DNA of 32,000 nt from Candidatus Saccharimonadota bacterium (lineage in GTDB: Bacteria > Bacteroidota > Bacteroidia > Flavobacteriales > Blattabacteriaceae), in NCBI RefSeq assembly GCF_014252315.1, contig NZ_CP059216.1, positions 240,001-272,000 on the forward strand, in the 5' to 3' direction. Below are positions 18,775 to 28,877 of the stretch, in pieces. The notes beneath the pieces are model-generated. The model had not been told where the DNA came from, did no database searches, and was given only the letters and a program-made list of their open reading frames with translations. Both the position numbers and the translations under genes were made by a program. Each line of letters starts with the position of its first letter. Within the stretch, counting starts at the first letter, position 1.

Positions 18775-20112
18775 TTATTTTTTTCTAAAAAAAATTTTTA
18801 TAGGAATTCCTTTAAAGTTGAAATGATAACGTATTTTATTTTCTATAAATCTTACATATGATTTTTTTATATATTGAGGAAAATTAGAAAAAAATACAAA
18901 CTTGGGAATATTTGATGGTAATTGTGTACAATACTTAATTGTTATTAATTTATTTTTATAAGATAAAGGTGGATTATTTTTAATAATTGGTAACATAATT
19001 TTATTGAGAATATTAGTTTTTAACCTTATAGTGCTTTTTTCTTTTATTTTAAAAGATAATGGAATTATTTTATGTACGTTATATTTATTTTTAGCGGATA
19101 TAAATAAAATAGGAGAATCAATTGGATAAACCTTTTTTTTTATAAAAATCTCATATTTTTTTTTTATTAAAGATTCATTTTTATTATTATAAAATAAATC
19201 CCATTTGTTTACTATAATTACGATTCCTTTATAATTATTTTTTATTAAATTAAAAATATTCATATCCTGTTTTTCCCATCCAAAATATGCATCTATTATT
19301 AACAAACATACATCTGAAGACTCTATACTTTTTAATGTCCTTGTTATTGAATAAAATTCAATTTCTTTTACTTTTGATTTTTTTCTCATTCCAGGAGTAT
19401 CAATTAATATACATTTATATTCATTTGTTTTATTACAAATAATAGATAGATTGTCTCTTGTGGTTCCAGGAATACTTGTTACTATATGAATACTTTTTTT
19501 CATTAATGAATTAATTAATGTAGATTTTCCTACATTTGGCCTTCCAACTATAGATAGTTTTGGAATTATTTTTAAATCATTTAATTTTTTTTTATTTTTT
19601 TCAAATTCATTTTCATTGTTTTTTGTTAATATTATTGATATTTTATCTAATAATTCTACAATTCCAATTCCATTAACAGCTGATACATAATAATAATTAT
19701 TAAATCCTAAACTATAAAAATCTGTATCAAAACTTGATATTTTGTGATCTATTTTATTTATTACTAAAAAAATAGGTTTATTATACTTCCTTATAATATT
19801 AGATAATTCTATATCTTCATTTAACAATCCTGTTGTAATATCTATTAATAATAAAATTATATCTGATTCATTAATGGATTGTATAATTTGTTTATTTATT
19901 TCTATTTGAATAATATCATTATTTGAAATATTAAATCCACCAGTATCTAAAAATAAAAATTTTATTTCATTCCATTTTAAATATCCACATACACGATCTC
20001 TAGTTATTCCACTATATTTATGTGTTATTGATTTTTTTACACCAATAATACGATTAAAAAGAGTAGACTTTCCTACATTAGAACGTCCTATAATAGACAC
20101 AGTATAATTCAT
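18775..20112 (-). CDS. der: Ribosome-biogenesis GTPase Der (EngA)
   Basis: It has two tandem G domains, 'GRSNVGKSTLFNR...DTGG...NKID' and 'GRPNVGKSTLINS...DTPG...NKWD', followed by a KH-like C-terminus. Confidence 0.95.
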   Translation of the reverse strand: MNYTVSIIGRSNVGKSTLFNRIIGVKKSITHKYSGITRDRVCGYLKWNEIKFLFLDTGGFNISNNDIIQIEINKQIIQSINESDIILLLIDITTGLLNEDIELSNIIRKYNKPIFLVINKIDHKISSFDTDFYSLGFNNYYYVSAVNGIGIVELLDKISIILTKNNENEFEKNKKKLNDLKIIPKLSIVGRPNVGKSTLINSLMKKSIHIVTSIPGTTRDNLSIICNKTNEYKCILIDTPGMRKKSKVKEIEFYSITRTLKSIESSDVCLLIIDAYFGWEKQDMNIFNLIKNNYKGIVIIVNKWDLFYNNKNESLIKKKYEIFIKKKVYPIDSPILFISAKNKYNVHKIIPLSFKIKEKSTIRLKTNILNKIMLPIIKNNPPLSYKNKLITIKYCTQLPSNIPKFVFFSNFPQYIKKSYVRFIENKIRYHFNFKGIPIKIFFRKK

Positions 20113-20128
20113 ACTGAAAAATTATTTA

Positions 20129-20136
20129 CAAATGTA
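20129..20136 (-). promoter_or_regulatory. Candidate Bacteroidota -7 promoter box (TACATTTG = TAnnTTTG) upstream of der
   Basis: This is a perfect match to the TAnnTTTG consensus on the minus strand, 17 nt upstream of the der ATG. A TTG sits ~18 nt further upstream (20157-20155). In this AT-rich DNA the motif is expected by chance about once per kb per strand. Confidence 0.3.
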
Positions 20137-20177
20137 GATTTTTTTTATTAGTTTCAATATTAAAATAATATGCGAAT

Positions 20178-20834
20178 ATGCGTATAGATATAGTAAGTGT
20201 AGTTCCAAAAATATTTTATAGTCCTTTTTCTGTTTCAATTATAAAAAAAGCTATTAATAAAGGATTAGTTGATATCTATATCCATGATTTAAAAAAATAT
20301 GGAATAGGAAAATATAAAAAAATAGATGATTATCCTTATGGAGGAGGTGGTGGAATGGTATTTAGAATTGAACCTGTATATAAATGTTTTTGTAACTTAT
20401 TATCTAAAAGAAAATATGATGAAATTATTTTTATGACTCCTGATGGAGATTTATTTTCACAAGAATATGCTAATAACTTATCTTTGATAAATAATATAAT
20501 TATTTTATGTGGTCGTTATAAAGGTATTGATCAGAGAATTCGAGATTATTTAATTTCCAAAGAAATATCAATTGGAAATTATATTCTTTCTGGAGGAGAA
20601 ACAGCCGCAATTGTTATTGTAGAATCAATAGTAAGATTATTACCTGGATTAATTCAAAACAGAAAATCATTGTTAAATGATTCTTTTCAAAAATCATCTA
20701 ATTATATATCTCATCCTATTTATACTAGACCCGCTATTTATAAAGGATGGAAAGTTCCTGAAATATTATTATCTGGACATCATAAAAAAATAAAAGAATG
20801 GATTGATAAAAAATCTTATAATAAAAAAATATAA
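20178..20834 (+). CDS. trmD: tRNA (guanine37-N1)-methyltransferase TrmD
   Basis: Contains 'RIDIVSVVPKIF', 'DDYPYGGGGGMV', 'LCGRYKGIDQRI' and 'EISIGNYILSGGE'. Confidence 0.93.
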   Translation: MRIDIVSVVPKIFYSPFSVSIIKKAINKGLVDIYIHDLKKYGIGKYKKIDDYPYGGGGGMVFRIEPVYKCFCNLLSKRKYDEIIFMTPDGDLFSQEYANNLSLINNIIILCGRYKGIDQRIRDYLISKEISIGNYILSGGETAAIVIVESIVRLLPGLIQNRKSLLNDSFQKSSNYISHPIYTRPAIYKGWKVPEILLSGHHKKIKEWIDKKSYNKKI

Positions 20835-20949
20835 AACCAATCAATAATTTATGCATTGTTTATTAAGATAAAATAAAAAATATACATTATTATACTTATA
20901 AATCGTTTAAATAAAAAAAAATTTGAATATACAACAACAATAGATTTCT

Positions 20950-22902
20950 ATGAATAAAAATAGCAATATAAAAGAATATACAGAAGATAGTATTCAATCT
21001 CTAGAAGGTATAGATCATGTTAGAACACGTCCTTCTATGTACATTGGAGATGTTGGGATAAAAGGATTACATCATTTATTTTATGAAGTAATTGATAATT
21101 CTGTAGATGAATCATTAGCTGGATTTTGTAATAAAATATGGGTTACTATTCATGAAAATGGATACATAACTATATTAGATAATGGACGTGGAATTCCAGT
21201 TGGAATTCATAAAAAAGAAAAATTATCAGCTCTTGAAGTAGTTATGACTAAAATAGGAGCAGGAGGTAAATTTGATAAAAATTCTTATAAAGTTTCAGGA
21301 GGATTACATGGCGTAGGATTATCATGTGTTAATGCTCTTTCCAAAAGGTTGATAGCAACTATATACCGAAATGGAAAAATTTACCAACAAGAATATTTTC
21401 GTGGAAAACCTATTTATTCTGTAAAATGTTTGGGAAAAACATCTATTCATGGAACTAAAATTCATTATATTGCTGATGATTCTATTTTTAAATCTGTTAT
21501 ATATAACAATGATATTATAATCAATCGTTTAAATGAATTATCTTATTTAAACAAAGGATTATATTTATTTATGGAAAATAAATATAACAATATAAAAAAA
21601 TATTTTTTTTCTGAAAAAGGATTAAAAGAATATGTTAAAATATTAGATAAAGATAAATCTCCATTAATTGATGACATAATTTTTATTCATGGAGAAAAAG
21701 ATTCCAATATTATAGAAGTAGCTATATTATATAACACTTCATTTAAAGAAAAAATTTATTCTTATGTAAATAATATAAATACTTACGAAGGTGGAACTCA
21801 TATTTCTGGATTTAGAAGAGCATTAACTAGAACTTTGAAAAAGTATATAGATAAAAATTGGATAAATTTTAAAGATAAAAAAGATAAAATAGAATTTACC
21901 GGAGATGATTTTAGAGAAGGAATTACTGTTGTTATTTCTGTTAAAGTTATGAATCCACAATTTGAAGGACAAACTAAGACAAAATTGAGTAATCATGAAA
22001 TAGGAGGTATTGTAGATAAAATAGTAGGAGAATTTTTTAACAATTATTTGGAAGAACATCCTAATGAAAGAAAAAAAATTTTAGAAAAAATAATTTTATC
22101 AGCTAAATCTCGTCAAGCTGCAAAAAAAGCTCGTGAAATAATACAAAAACAAAATCCTATAAATATAAGTGGAGGAATTTTACCTGGTAAATTAGCTGAT
22201 TGTTCTTTAAATGATCCAAATATTTGTGAAATATATTTAGTAGAAGGAGATTCTGCGGGAGGAACAGCAAAACAGGGTAGAGATAGAAATTTTCAAGCTA
22301 TTTTACCTTTACGTGGTAAAATATTAAATGTAGAAAAAGCTATACAATATAAAATATTTGAAAATGAGGAAATAAAAAATATATTTACTTCATTAGGAAT
22401 TACTATAAATATAAAAAATAATAATGATTATAGTGAAAAATTATTAAATATAGATAAGTTAAGATACAATAAAATTATTATTATGACAGATGCAGATATA
22501 GATGGTAGTCATATATCAACATTAATATTAACATTGTTTTTTCGATATATGAAATCATTAATAGAAAAAGGATATATATATATTGCAACACCCCCATTGT
22601 ATTTAATACGTAAAGGATCTTATTATCGTTATGCTTGGAATGATAAAGAAAGAAATGATATTATTCATGAAATAGGAAGTAAAAAACAATTGACAATACA
22701 AAGATATAAAGGATTAGGAGAAATGAATGCTGAACAACTTTGGGACACTACAATGAATCCAGAAAATAGAACTCTTCGCAAAATTACTATAAATAATTTT
22801 TCAAAAGCTGATAAAACATTTTCTATCCTTATGGGAGACGATGTCCCTCCTCGTAGAGGATTTATAGAAAAAAATGCAATAAAAGCAAAAATAGACGTAT
22901 AA
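20950..22902 (+). CDS. gyrB: DNA gyrase subunit B
   Basis: Contains 'LEGIDHVRTRPSMYIGD', 'HHLFYEVIDNSVDE', 'GGLHGVG', 'LVEGDSAGG', 'PLRGKILNVEKA' and 'IMTDADIDGSHI'. Length is 650 aa. Confidence 0.97.
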   Translation: MNKNSNIKEYTEDSIQSLEGIDHVRTRPSMYIGDVGIKGLHHLFYEVIDNSVDESLAGFCNKIWVTIHENGYITILDNGRGIPVGIHKKEKLSALEVVMTKIGAGGKFDKNSYKVSGGLHGVGLSCVNALSKRLIATIYRNGKIYQQEYFRGKPIYSVKCLGKTSIHGTKIHYIADDSIFKSVIYNNDIIINRLNELSYLNKGLYLFMENKYNNIKKYFFSEKGLKEYVKILDKDKSPLIDDIIFIHGEKDSNIIEVAILYNTSFKEKIYSYVNNINTYEGGTHISGFRRALTRTLKKYIDKNWINFKDKKDKIEFTGDDFREGITVVISVKVMNPQFEGQTKTKLSNHEIGGIVDKIVGEFFNNYLEEHPNERKKILEKIILSAKSRQAAKKAREIIQKQNPINISGGILPGKLADCSLNDPNICEIYLVEGDSAGGTAKQGRDRNFQAILPLRGKILNVEKAIQYKIFENEEIKNIFTSLGITINIKNNNDYSEKLLNIDKLRYNKIIIMTDADIDGSHISTLILTLFFRYMKSLIEKGYIYIATPPLYLIRKGSYYRYAWNDKERNDIIHEIGSKKQLTIQRYKGLGEMNAEQLWDTTMNPENRTLRKITINNFSKADKTFSILMGDDVPPRRGFIEKNAIKAKIDV

Positions 22903-22913
22903 ATACTATTATT

Positions 22914-23708
22914 ATGAATTACATTCAATCCATAGTATTAGGAATTATAGAAGGAATTACAGAATTTTTTCCCATATCTTCTACAGGTCATATGATTATT
23001 ATAGCATATATAATGGGAATATTAGATAATAGTATAACAAAACTATTTCTTGTTTTTATCCAATGTGGATCAATTTTATCTGTAATATTTTTATATAGAA
23101 AAAAACTTTTAACCCAAAATTATGACTTTTATATAAAAATATGTATTGCTAGTTTTCCTGTTCTTATTACTGGATTATTTTTTTACGAAAAAATAAATAT
23201 ATTATTAAATAATCCAGTAATAGTATTTTTATCATTTATTATGGGAGGAATATTTATATTAAAATCAGAAAATTTTTATAAAAATTTTTCTAATAAAAAA
23301 AAAAATAATATTACGTATTATAGAGCCTTGATAATTGGATTTTTTCAATGTTTATCTTTAATTCCAGGTATATCTAGAAGCGCAACTACTATTGTTGCTG
23401 GACTTTTACAAAATATAAAGAGAAAAGATTCTATTGAATTTTCATTTTTTTTGTCTGTTCCTATTATTAGTATTGCTACTATAAAAAAAGTATTTGATTT
23501 TTATATTAAATCAGATTTATTATTATTTAACATTAAAAATATAAGAATATTACTATTGGGAAATATAACTGCATTTGTTACATCCATGATTGCTATTAAA
23601 TATTTAATGAATTATTTAAGAAACAATGATTTTAAATTATTTGGATATTATAGAATTATTATTGGTATATTTTTTTTTATTACACATTATTTTATTAAAA
23701 TATATTGA
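22914..23708 (+). CDS. uppP: Undecaprenyl-diphosphate phosphatase (BacA/UppP)
   Basis: Contains 'GIIEGITEFFPISSTGH' and 'PGISRSATTI'. It is a 264-aa polytopic membrane protein. Confidence 0.92.
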   Translation: MNYIQSIVLGIIEGITEFFPISSTGHMIIIAYIMGILDNSITKLFLVFIQCGSILSVIFLYRKKLLTQNYDFYIKICIASFPVLITGLFFYEKINILLNNPVIVFLSFIMGGIFILKSENFYKNFSNKKKNNITYYRALIIGFFQCLSLIPGISRSATTIVAGLLQNIKRKDSIEFSFFLSVPIISIATIKKVFDFYIKSDLLLFNIKNIRILLLGNITAFVTSMIAIKYLMNYLRNNDFKLFGYYRIIIGIFFFITHYFIKIY

Positions 23709-23819
23709 TTTATACTATAAATTAAAACTAATTTAGTATGATTTATTATATTTTTACTTAACAAAAATTAATTCCATTTTTATAAACGTAAAAAACTTAT
23801 ATGGTAATTTTTTTCACAA

Positions 23820-24155
23820 TTAATTTTTATTTTTTACATTCCATTCATTAAATTTTTTGTAACATTCTTCTTTAGTTAAAGCTCCTTTTTTTACTCCATT
23901 TAATAAATGTTTTTTTAATAAAACTCCATTTTTTTTAAAAATAGAATTTACTGTATTTGTAGGTTTAGCTCCCTTAATCATCCAAGAAATAGAATTATCT
24001 ATATTTAGAGTAATAATGGATGGATTTGAATTAGGATTATAAATTCCTAATTTTTCAATAAATCTTCCATCCCTTGGAGAACGAGAGTCCGCTACTATTA
24101 TGTGATAAATAGGTCTATGTTTTTTACCAATTCTTTTTAAACGTATTCTAACCAT
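23820..24155 (-). CDS. rpsP: 30S ribosomal protein S16
   Basis: 'MVRIRLKRIGKKHRPIYHIIVADSRSPRDGRFIEKLGIYNP' is the canonical S16 N-terminus. Confidence 0.95.
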   Translation of the reverse strand: MVRIRLKRIGKKHRPIYHIIVADSRSPRDGRFIEKLGIYNPNSNPSIITLNIDNSISWMIKGAKPTNTVNSIFKKNGVLLKKHLLNGVKKGALTKEECYKKFNEWNVKNKN

Positions 24156-24282
24156 TATTTTATATTTTTTTTATTATATTAATATCTTAATATTTTACAA
24201 AAATATTTATAATTTTCATAATAATTGAAATATTAATGTTTAAATTATTTAATATATATTTACATTATATTATAAATTTTGT

Positions 24283-24353
24283 AGACCCGTTGTGTAATGG
24301 AAGCACAGCAGATTTTGGTTCTGTTAGTTAGGGTTCGAATCCCTACGGGTCTG
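24283..24353 (+). tRNA. tRNA-Gln (anticodon UUG)
   Basis: Manual cloverleaf fold. Acceptor AGACCCG/CGGGTCT. D arm GTGT-AATGGAA-GCAC. Anticodon arm GCAGA-TTTTGGT-TCTGT (anticodon TTG). Variable loop TAGT. T arm TAGGG-TTCGAAT-CCCTA. Discriminator G. CCA is not encoded. Confidence 0.85.
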
Positions 24354-24397
24354 TTACCAAGTTTTATATTTTTCTAAAAAAAAATTATTATTTTAGA

Positions 24398-25789
24398 ATG
24401 AAAATAAAAAAAAATAAAGTTTTACTTATAGCTATCATAAGTGTTTTATTTTGTATAGGAATTCATATTTTGGGATCTTATATAAGATTAAATAAAACTA
24501 TCCTTTGTGCATTAAGATGTTTTACTATATCCATTTTTATTTTATATGCTTTATTAAAAAAAGATTTAACAATATGGATATTATTATCTATAATATTAGG
24601 AATAGAAATAGGATTAGATTTACCTAAATTAGCTGTTAAACTACGTTTTTTATCTCAAATCTTTCTAAGATTAATAAAAACTATTATTGCTCCTATATTA
24701 TTTTCAACTTTAGTAGTTGGAATTGCAAGTCATTCCAATATAAAAAAATTGGGAAGTATGGGATGGAAATCTTTGTTATATTTTGAAATAGTTACCACTT
24801 TGGCTTTATTTATAGGACTTATTGCAATAAACATATCCAAAGCTGGAGTTGGAATTATTATTCCAGAAGGAATAAATGAACAACAATTACCAAAAGTAGA
24901 AAGTAGAACATGGCAAGATATTATTCTTCATATTTTTCCAGAAAATATTATAAAGTCTGTATATCATGGAGATGTCCTTCCTATAGTAGTATTTTCTGTT
25001 ATATTTGGAATATCTATGGTCTTTTTAGAAAAAAAAAAAAGAATTATTATTCTTTCTTTTGCAGAAATTTTATCAGAAATAATGTTTAAATTTACTAAAA
25101 TAATAATGTATTTTGCACCTATAGGAGTAGGGTCAGCTATAGCCTATACAATAGGACATATGGGGTTAGATATATTATATAATTTACTTCAATTATTGTT
25201 AACTCTTTATTTTGCATTAATTATTTTTATATTAGTAGTTTTAATACCTATTTTATTTTGGATAAAAGTTCCATTAAAAGGTTTTGTAAAAGCATTGACA
25301 GAACCAGTTTCATTAGCATTTGCTACTACTAGTTCTGAATCTGCATTACCATTACTTATGGAAAATTTAGAAAAATTAGGAGTTCCAAAAAAAATAATTG
25401 CTTTTGTTATTCCTACTGGATATAGTTTTAATTTGGATGGAACTACACTTTATTTATCTTTAGCAACTGTTTTTGTAGCTCAAGCTGCAGGAGTTCCTTT
25501 AAGTTTTAGTCAACAAATATTGATAGGATTAACTTTAATTCTTACTTCTAAAGGAGTAGCAGGAGTTCCTAGAGCATCTTTAGTTATTCTTTTAGCTACC
25601 GTAGCTTCTTTTGGGTTACCTACATGGCCAATATTAGCAATCGTTGGTATTGATGAATTAATGGATATGGCTAGAACTACAGTAAATGTAATAGGTAATG
25701 GATTAGCTAGTTGTGTTATAGCTCGTTCTGAAGGAGAATTAGATGATAAAAAAATGATGGAATATGCAAAAAAAATTGAAAAAAAATAA
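24398..25789 (+). CDS. gltP: Dicarboxylate/amino acid:cation symporter (DAACS; GltP/DctA-like)
   Basis: Contains 'LAFATTSSESALPLLME', 'PTGYSFNLDGTTLY' and 'SKGVAGVPRASLV'. It is a 463-aa polytopic protein. Substrate (glutamate/aspartate versus C4-dicarboxylate) cannot be decided from the sequence alone. Confidence 0.8.
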   Translation: MKIKKNKVLLIAIISVLFCIGIHILGSYIRLNKTILCALRCFTISIFILYALLKKDLTIWILLSIILGIEIGLDLPKLAVKLRFLSQIFLRLIKTIIAPILFSTLVVGIASHSNIKKLGSMGWKSLLYFEIVTTLALFIGLIAINISKAGVGIIIPEGINEQQLPKVESRTWQDIILHIFPENIIKSVYHGDVLPIVVFSVIFGISMVFLEKKKRIIILSFAEILSEIMFKFTKIIMYFAPIGVGSAIAYTIGHMGLDILYNLLQLLLTLYFALIIFILVVLIPILFWIKVPLKGFVKALTEPVSLAFATTSSESALPLLMENLEKLGVPKKIIAFVIPTGYSFNLDGTTLYLSLATVFVAQAAGVPLSFSQQILIGLTLILTSKGVAGVPRASLVILLATVASFGLPTWPILAIVGIDELMDMARTTVNVIGNGLASCVIARSEGELDDKKMMEYAKKIEKK

Positions 25790-25792
25790 TTT

Positions 25793-26883
25793 ATGATTTT
25801 GAATAAAAATTTTTTCCGTTATAAAAAAAATAGCATAATAAATATAATAGAAAATGGAATAATAAAAAAAAAAGTTATTCAAATATTGCATTAATTAAAT
25901 ATTGGGGAAAAAATAAAAATGGAATTCAAATACCATCTAATTCTTCTATTAGCTATAGATTAAAAAATGTATATACAGTTACTTTTTTAAAGTATGTTGC
26001 TCATAAAAGAAAACAAAATAATTTTTCTATTAAAGTTTATACGCTTGGAAAAAAAAATGATGTTTTTTATAAAAAAATAAAAGATTTTTTTCATAGAATT
26101 TTATTCTATTGTTCTTATTTAAATAAATATAATTTTTTTATAGAAACTTATAACACATTTCCTCATAGTAGTGGAATAGCATCTTCTGCCTCTTCTATGA
26201 GTTCTATTGCGCTTTGCATAATGGATTTAGAAAAGAAAATATCATCTTCTTTATTAGAAGATGATTTTTTCTTTAAAAAAGCATCTTTTTTAGCTAGATT
26301 AGGATCAGGAAGTGCTTGTAGATCAATATATTCTAAACTTTCTGTTTGGGGAAAACATAAATTAATTAAGAATAGTAATAATTTTTATTCTATACCATAT
26401 CCATATATAGTACATCCTATTTTTAAACAGATGGAAGATACAATATTAATAGTAGATGAAACGCCAAAGGCTTTATCAAGTTCTAAAGGGCATGATTTAA
26501 TGAATATTAATAAACATCCATATGCTAAAGAAAGATTTAAACTTGCTTATAATAATATGAAAAAATTAATTCATATATTATATTCCGGAGATATAGAAGA
26601 ATTTGGAAAAGTTATAGAACAAGAAGCATTAAACCTTCATGCAATGATAATGACATCAAATCCATATTATTTATTAATGAAACCAAATACTGTAAAAATT
26701 ATACACAAAATTTGGGATTTTAGAATAAAAAGTAAAAAAAATATCTATTTCACATTAGATGCAGGAGCAAACATGCACTTGTTGTATCCTTCTAAATATA
26801 AAGACATGTTTCTTAATTGGATTGTTAAAAATCTTTCTTTTTATTATAAAAATATTATAAAAAGTTTTTGTCAATGGAATTAA
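25793..26883 (+). pseudogene. mvaD: Diphosphomevalonate decarboxylase, full length but with a frame break at an A10 tract (25864-25873). The ORF-track 26197..26883 is only its C-terminal part.
   Basis: ATG 25793 opens 'MILNKNFFRYKKNSIINIIENGIIKKK', which then terminates at TAA 25892-25894. The -1 frame from 25873 reads 'SYSNIALIKYWGKKNKNGIQIPSNSSISY...FPHSSGIASSASSMSSIALC...LGSGSACRS...YFTLDAGANMH' without a stop to 26883. That frame has no ATG/GTG/TTG between TAG 25831-25833 and Met 26197. GHMP-kinase/MVD motifs are intact. Confidence 0.85.
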
Positions 26884-26902
26884 TTATATTTATATAATAA
26901 AC

Positions 26903-26977
26903 GGTGGATGTAGCTTAGTTGGTTAGAGCATCAGATTGTGGTTCTGAAAGTCGCCGGTTCGAATCCGGTCATCCACC
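26903..26977 (+). tRNA. tRNA-His (anticodon GUG) with encoded G-1
   Basis: Manual fold. G-1 plus acceptor GTGGATG/CATCCAC. D arm GCTT-AGTTGGTTA-GAGC. Anticodon arm TCAGA-TTGTGGT-TCTGA (anticodon GTG). Variable loop AAGTC. T arm GCCGG-TTCGAAT-CCGGT. Discriminator C opposite G-1. Confidence 0.9.
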
Positions 26978-26983
26978 CATTTG

Positions 26984-28177
26984 TTAATTTAAAAAATGTT
27001 TTAACCTTGTAAAAGCTTCTATAATTTTACTTTCTGAAGAAGCATAAGAAATTCTTAAATATTCATCATTTCCAAAAGCACTACCACTAACAGTAGATAT
27101 ATAAGTATTATCAAGTATTAATTCTGATAATTGATCTGAATTTTTAATAACTTTTCCATGTAAATTTTTTCCAAAAAAAGATGAAATTTTTGGAAAAATG
27201 TAAAAAGCACCATCAGGAATATTAAACTGAAATCCATTAATTTCATTCATCATATTTAATACTAAATCTCTTCTTTTTCTAAATGAATTTATCATATATT
27301 TAATTCTATCAGGAGATGATTCTAAGGCAGCAATAGCTGCTCTTTGCGCAATTGAATTAGTACATGAGGTCATTTGTCCTTGTATCTTATCACAAGATTT
27401 TGCCACCCATTCTGGGGCTCCTATATATCCAATTCTCCATCCTGTCATTGCAAATGATTTAGATAATCCATTTAATGTTATAACTTGATCATAAACATCA
27501 GAAAATGATGCTATACTAGTTACAGAATTTATAGAATATGAAATATATTCATATATTTCATCCGAAAGTATCATAACTTTTGGATATTTTTTTAATACAT
27601 TTACTAATGTACTTAATTCTTGATAATTATAAACGCTACCAGTAGGATTGCATGGATTATTAAATATAATTAATCTAGTTTTAGATGTAATAGATTTTTC
27701 TAATTGTTTTGGATCTATCTTAAAATTGTTATCTATTTTAGTTGAAATAATAACTGGATTTGATTCACATAATTTTACCATTTGCAGATAACTAACCCAA
27801 TAAGGAGAAGGGATAATAACATCATCATTTTTATTCAATAATGATAGTAAAACATTTATTATAGATTGTTTTGCTCCAGTGGATACAACAATTTGTGAAG
27901 GTTTATACTCTATTTTATTATCACGATAAAATTTTTTACATATTGCTTCTTTTAAATCCATATAGCCAGATACTGGTGTATAATGATGAAACATATTTTC
28001 ATCTATTGCTTTTTTTGCTGCATTTAATATAAACTTAGGTGGAGAAAAATCTGGTTCTCCAATGCTAAGATTAATAACATCATATCCTTTATTTTTTAAA
28101 TGTCTAGATTTAGCTGCCATTTCTATAGTTTGTGAATAAGATATATTTTGTGAACGATGAGATAATCTATTTTTCAT
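26984..28177 (-). CDS. aspC: Pyridoxal-phosphate-dependent aminotransferase class I (aspartate aminotransferase-like)
   Basis: Contains 'INLSIGEPDF', 'NNPCNPTGSVY' and the PLP-lysine region 'LNGLSKSFAMTGWRIGY'. Length is 397 aa. Confidence 0.85.
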   Translation of the reverse strand: MKNRLSHRSQNISYSQTIEMAAKSRHLKNKGYDVINLSIGEPDFSPPKFILNAAKKAIDENMFHHYTPVSGYMDLKEAICKKFYRDNKIEYKPSQIVVSTGAKQSIINVLLSLLNKNDDVIIPSPYWVSYLQMVKLCESNPVIISTKIDNNFKIDPKQLEKSITSKTRLIIFNNPCNPTGSVYNYQELSTLVNVLKKYPKVMILSDEIYEYISYSINSVTSIASFSDVYDQVITLNGLSKSFAMTGWRIGYIGAPEWVAKSCDKIQGQMTSCTNSIAQRAAIAALESSPDRIKYMINSFRKRRDLVLNMMNEINGFQFNIPDGAFYIFPKISSFFGKNLHGKVIKNSDQLSELILDNTYISTVSGSAFGNDEYLRISYASSESKIIEAFTRLKHFLN

Positions 28178-28206
28178 AGATAAAAGAAAATTTGAAATGA
28201 ATACAA

Positions 28207-28214
28207 CAAATCTA
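28207..28214 (-). promoter_or_regulatory. Candidate Bacteroidota -7 promoter box (TAGATTTG = TAnnTTTG) upstream of the aminotransferase gene
   Basis: This is a perfect TAnnTTTG match on the minus strand, 30 nt upstream of the ATG at 28177. No clear -33 TTG was seen, and the chance expectation is non-negligible. Confidence 0.25.
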
Positions 28215-28253
28215 AATAAATTATAAATTTTAATTTTTAATTATGAAAAATCT

Positions 28254-28865
28254 ATGATATTAATTAAAAAATATTTTCCAAATCTTAGAAAAAAACAGTA
28301 TAATCAATTATATGAATTAAAACATTTATATAAATACTGGAATAATTTTATCAATGTTATTTCTAGAAAAACATTTGATAACAATACTTTTTATCAAAAC
28401 CATGTGTTATTTTGTTTAAGTGTAGCTAAAATTTTATCATTTTTTCCAGGATCCAAAGTAATGGATTTAGGAACAGGAGGGGGGTTTCCTGGAATACCTT
28501 TATCTATAATATTTCCTTATGTAGAATTCTTATTAGTAGATTCTATTAAAAAAAAAATTAAAGTAGTAAAATCAATTGCTTCATCTATTAATCTACATAA
28601 TGTACATCCTATATGTATTAGGGTAGAAAATTTAGACATTAAATTTAATTTTATGGTAACTAGAGGAGTATCAAAAATAAATGTTATTCATAATTGGATA
28701 AAAAAATCTAATTCTGAAATTAAAAATGGATCATTATATTTAAAAGGAGGAGATGTTTCTCAAGAAATTAATAAATTTCCCCATGCAATAGAATATCCAT
28801 TAAATATATATTTTAAAGAAAATTTTTTTATCACTAAAAAAATCATTTGGATTCCAAATATTTAA
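28254..28865 (+). CDS. rsmG: 16S rRNA (guanine527-N7)-methyltransferase RsmG (GidB)
   Basis: SAM-binding motif 'VMDLGTGGGFPGIPLSI', plus 'LVDSIKKKI' and 'VTRGV'. Length is 203 aa. Confidence 0.88.
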   Translation: MILIKKYFPNLRKKQYNQLYELKHLYKYWNNFINVISRKTFDNNTFYQNHVLFCLSVAKILSFFPGSKVMDLGTGGGFPGIPLSIIFPYVEFLLVDSIKKKIKVVKSIASSINLHNVHPICIRVENLDIKFNFMVTRGVSKINVIHNWIKKSNSEIKNGSLYLKGGDVSQEINKFPHAIEYPLNIYFKENFFITKKIIWIPNI

Positions 28866-28877
28866 TATCAATAAAAA

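Noticed and set aside
20918-20925. Near-consensus -7 boxes 'AAAATTTG' upstream of gyrB (20918-20925) and rsmG (28187-28194), and 'AAATTTTG' just before tRNA-Gln (24274-24281)
   Set aside because: Each has a mismatch at the conserved T of TAnnTTTG. The tRNA-Gln copy is too close (2 nt) to the mature 5' end to be a -7 box. I did not consider this enough evidence to call features.
21823-22059. 78-aa ORF antisense to gyrB
   Set aside because: It lies inside gyrB and is a chance frame.
22665-22928. 87-aa ORF antisense to the gyrB 3' end and the uppP start
   Set aside because: It overlaps two strongly supported genes and has no recognisable features.
24156-24282. Longest intergenic gap (127 nt, rpsP-tRNA-Gln) as a possible small RNA (SRP/4.5S, riboswitch)
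   Set aside because: The sequence is almost pure A/T with no G/C-containing helices or conserved SRP-type motifs. It is most simply a divergent promoter region.
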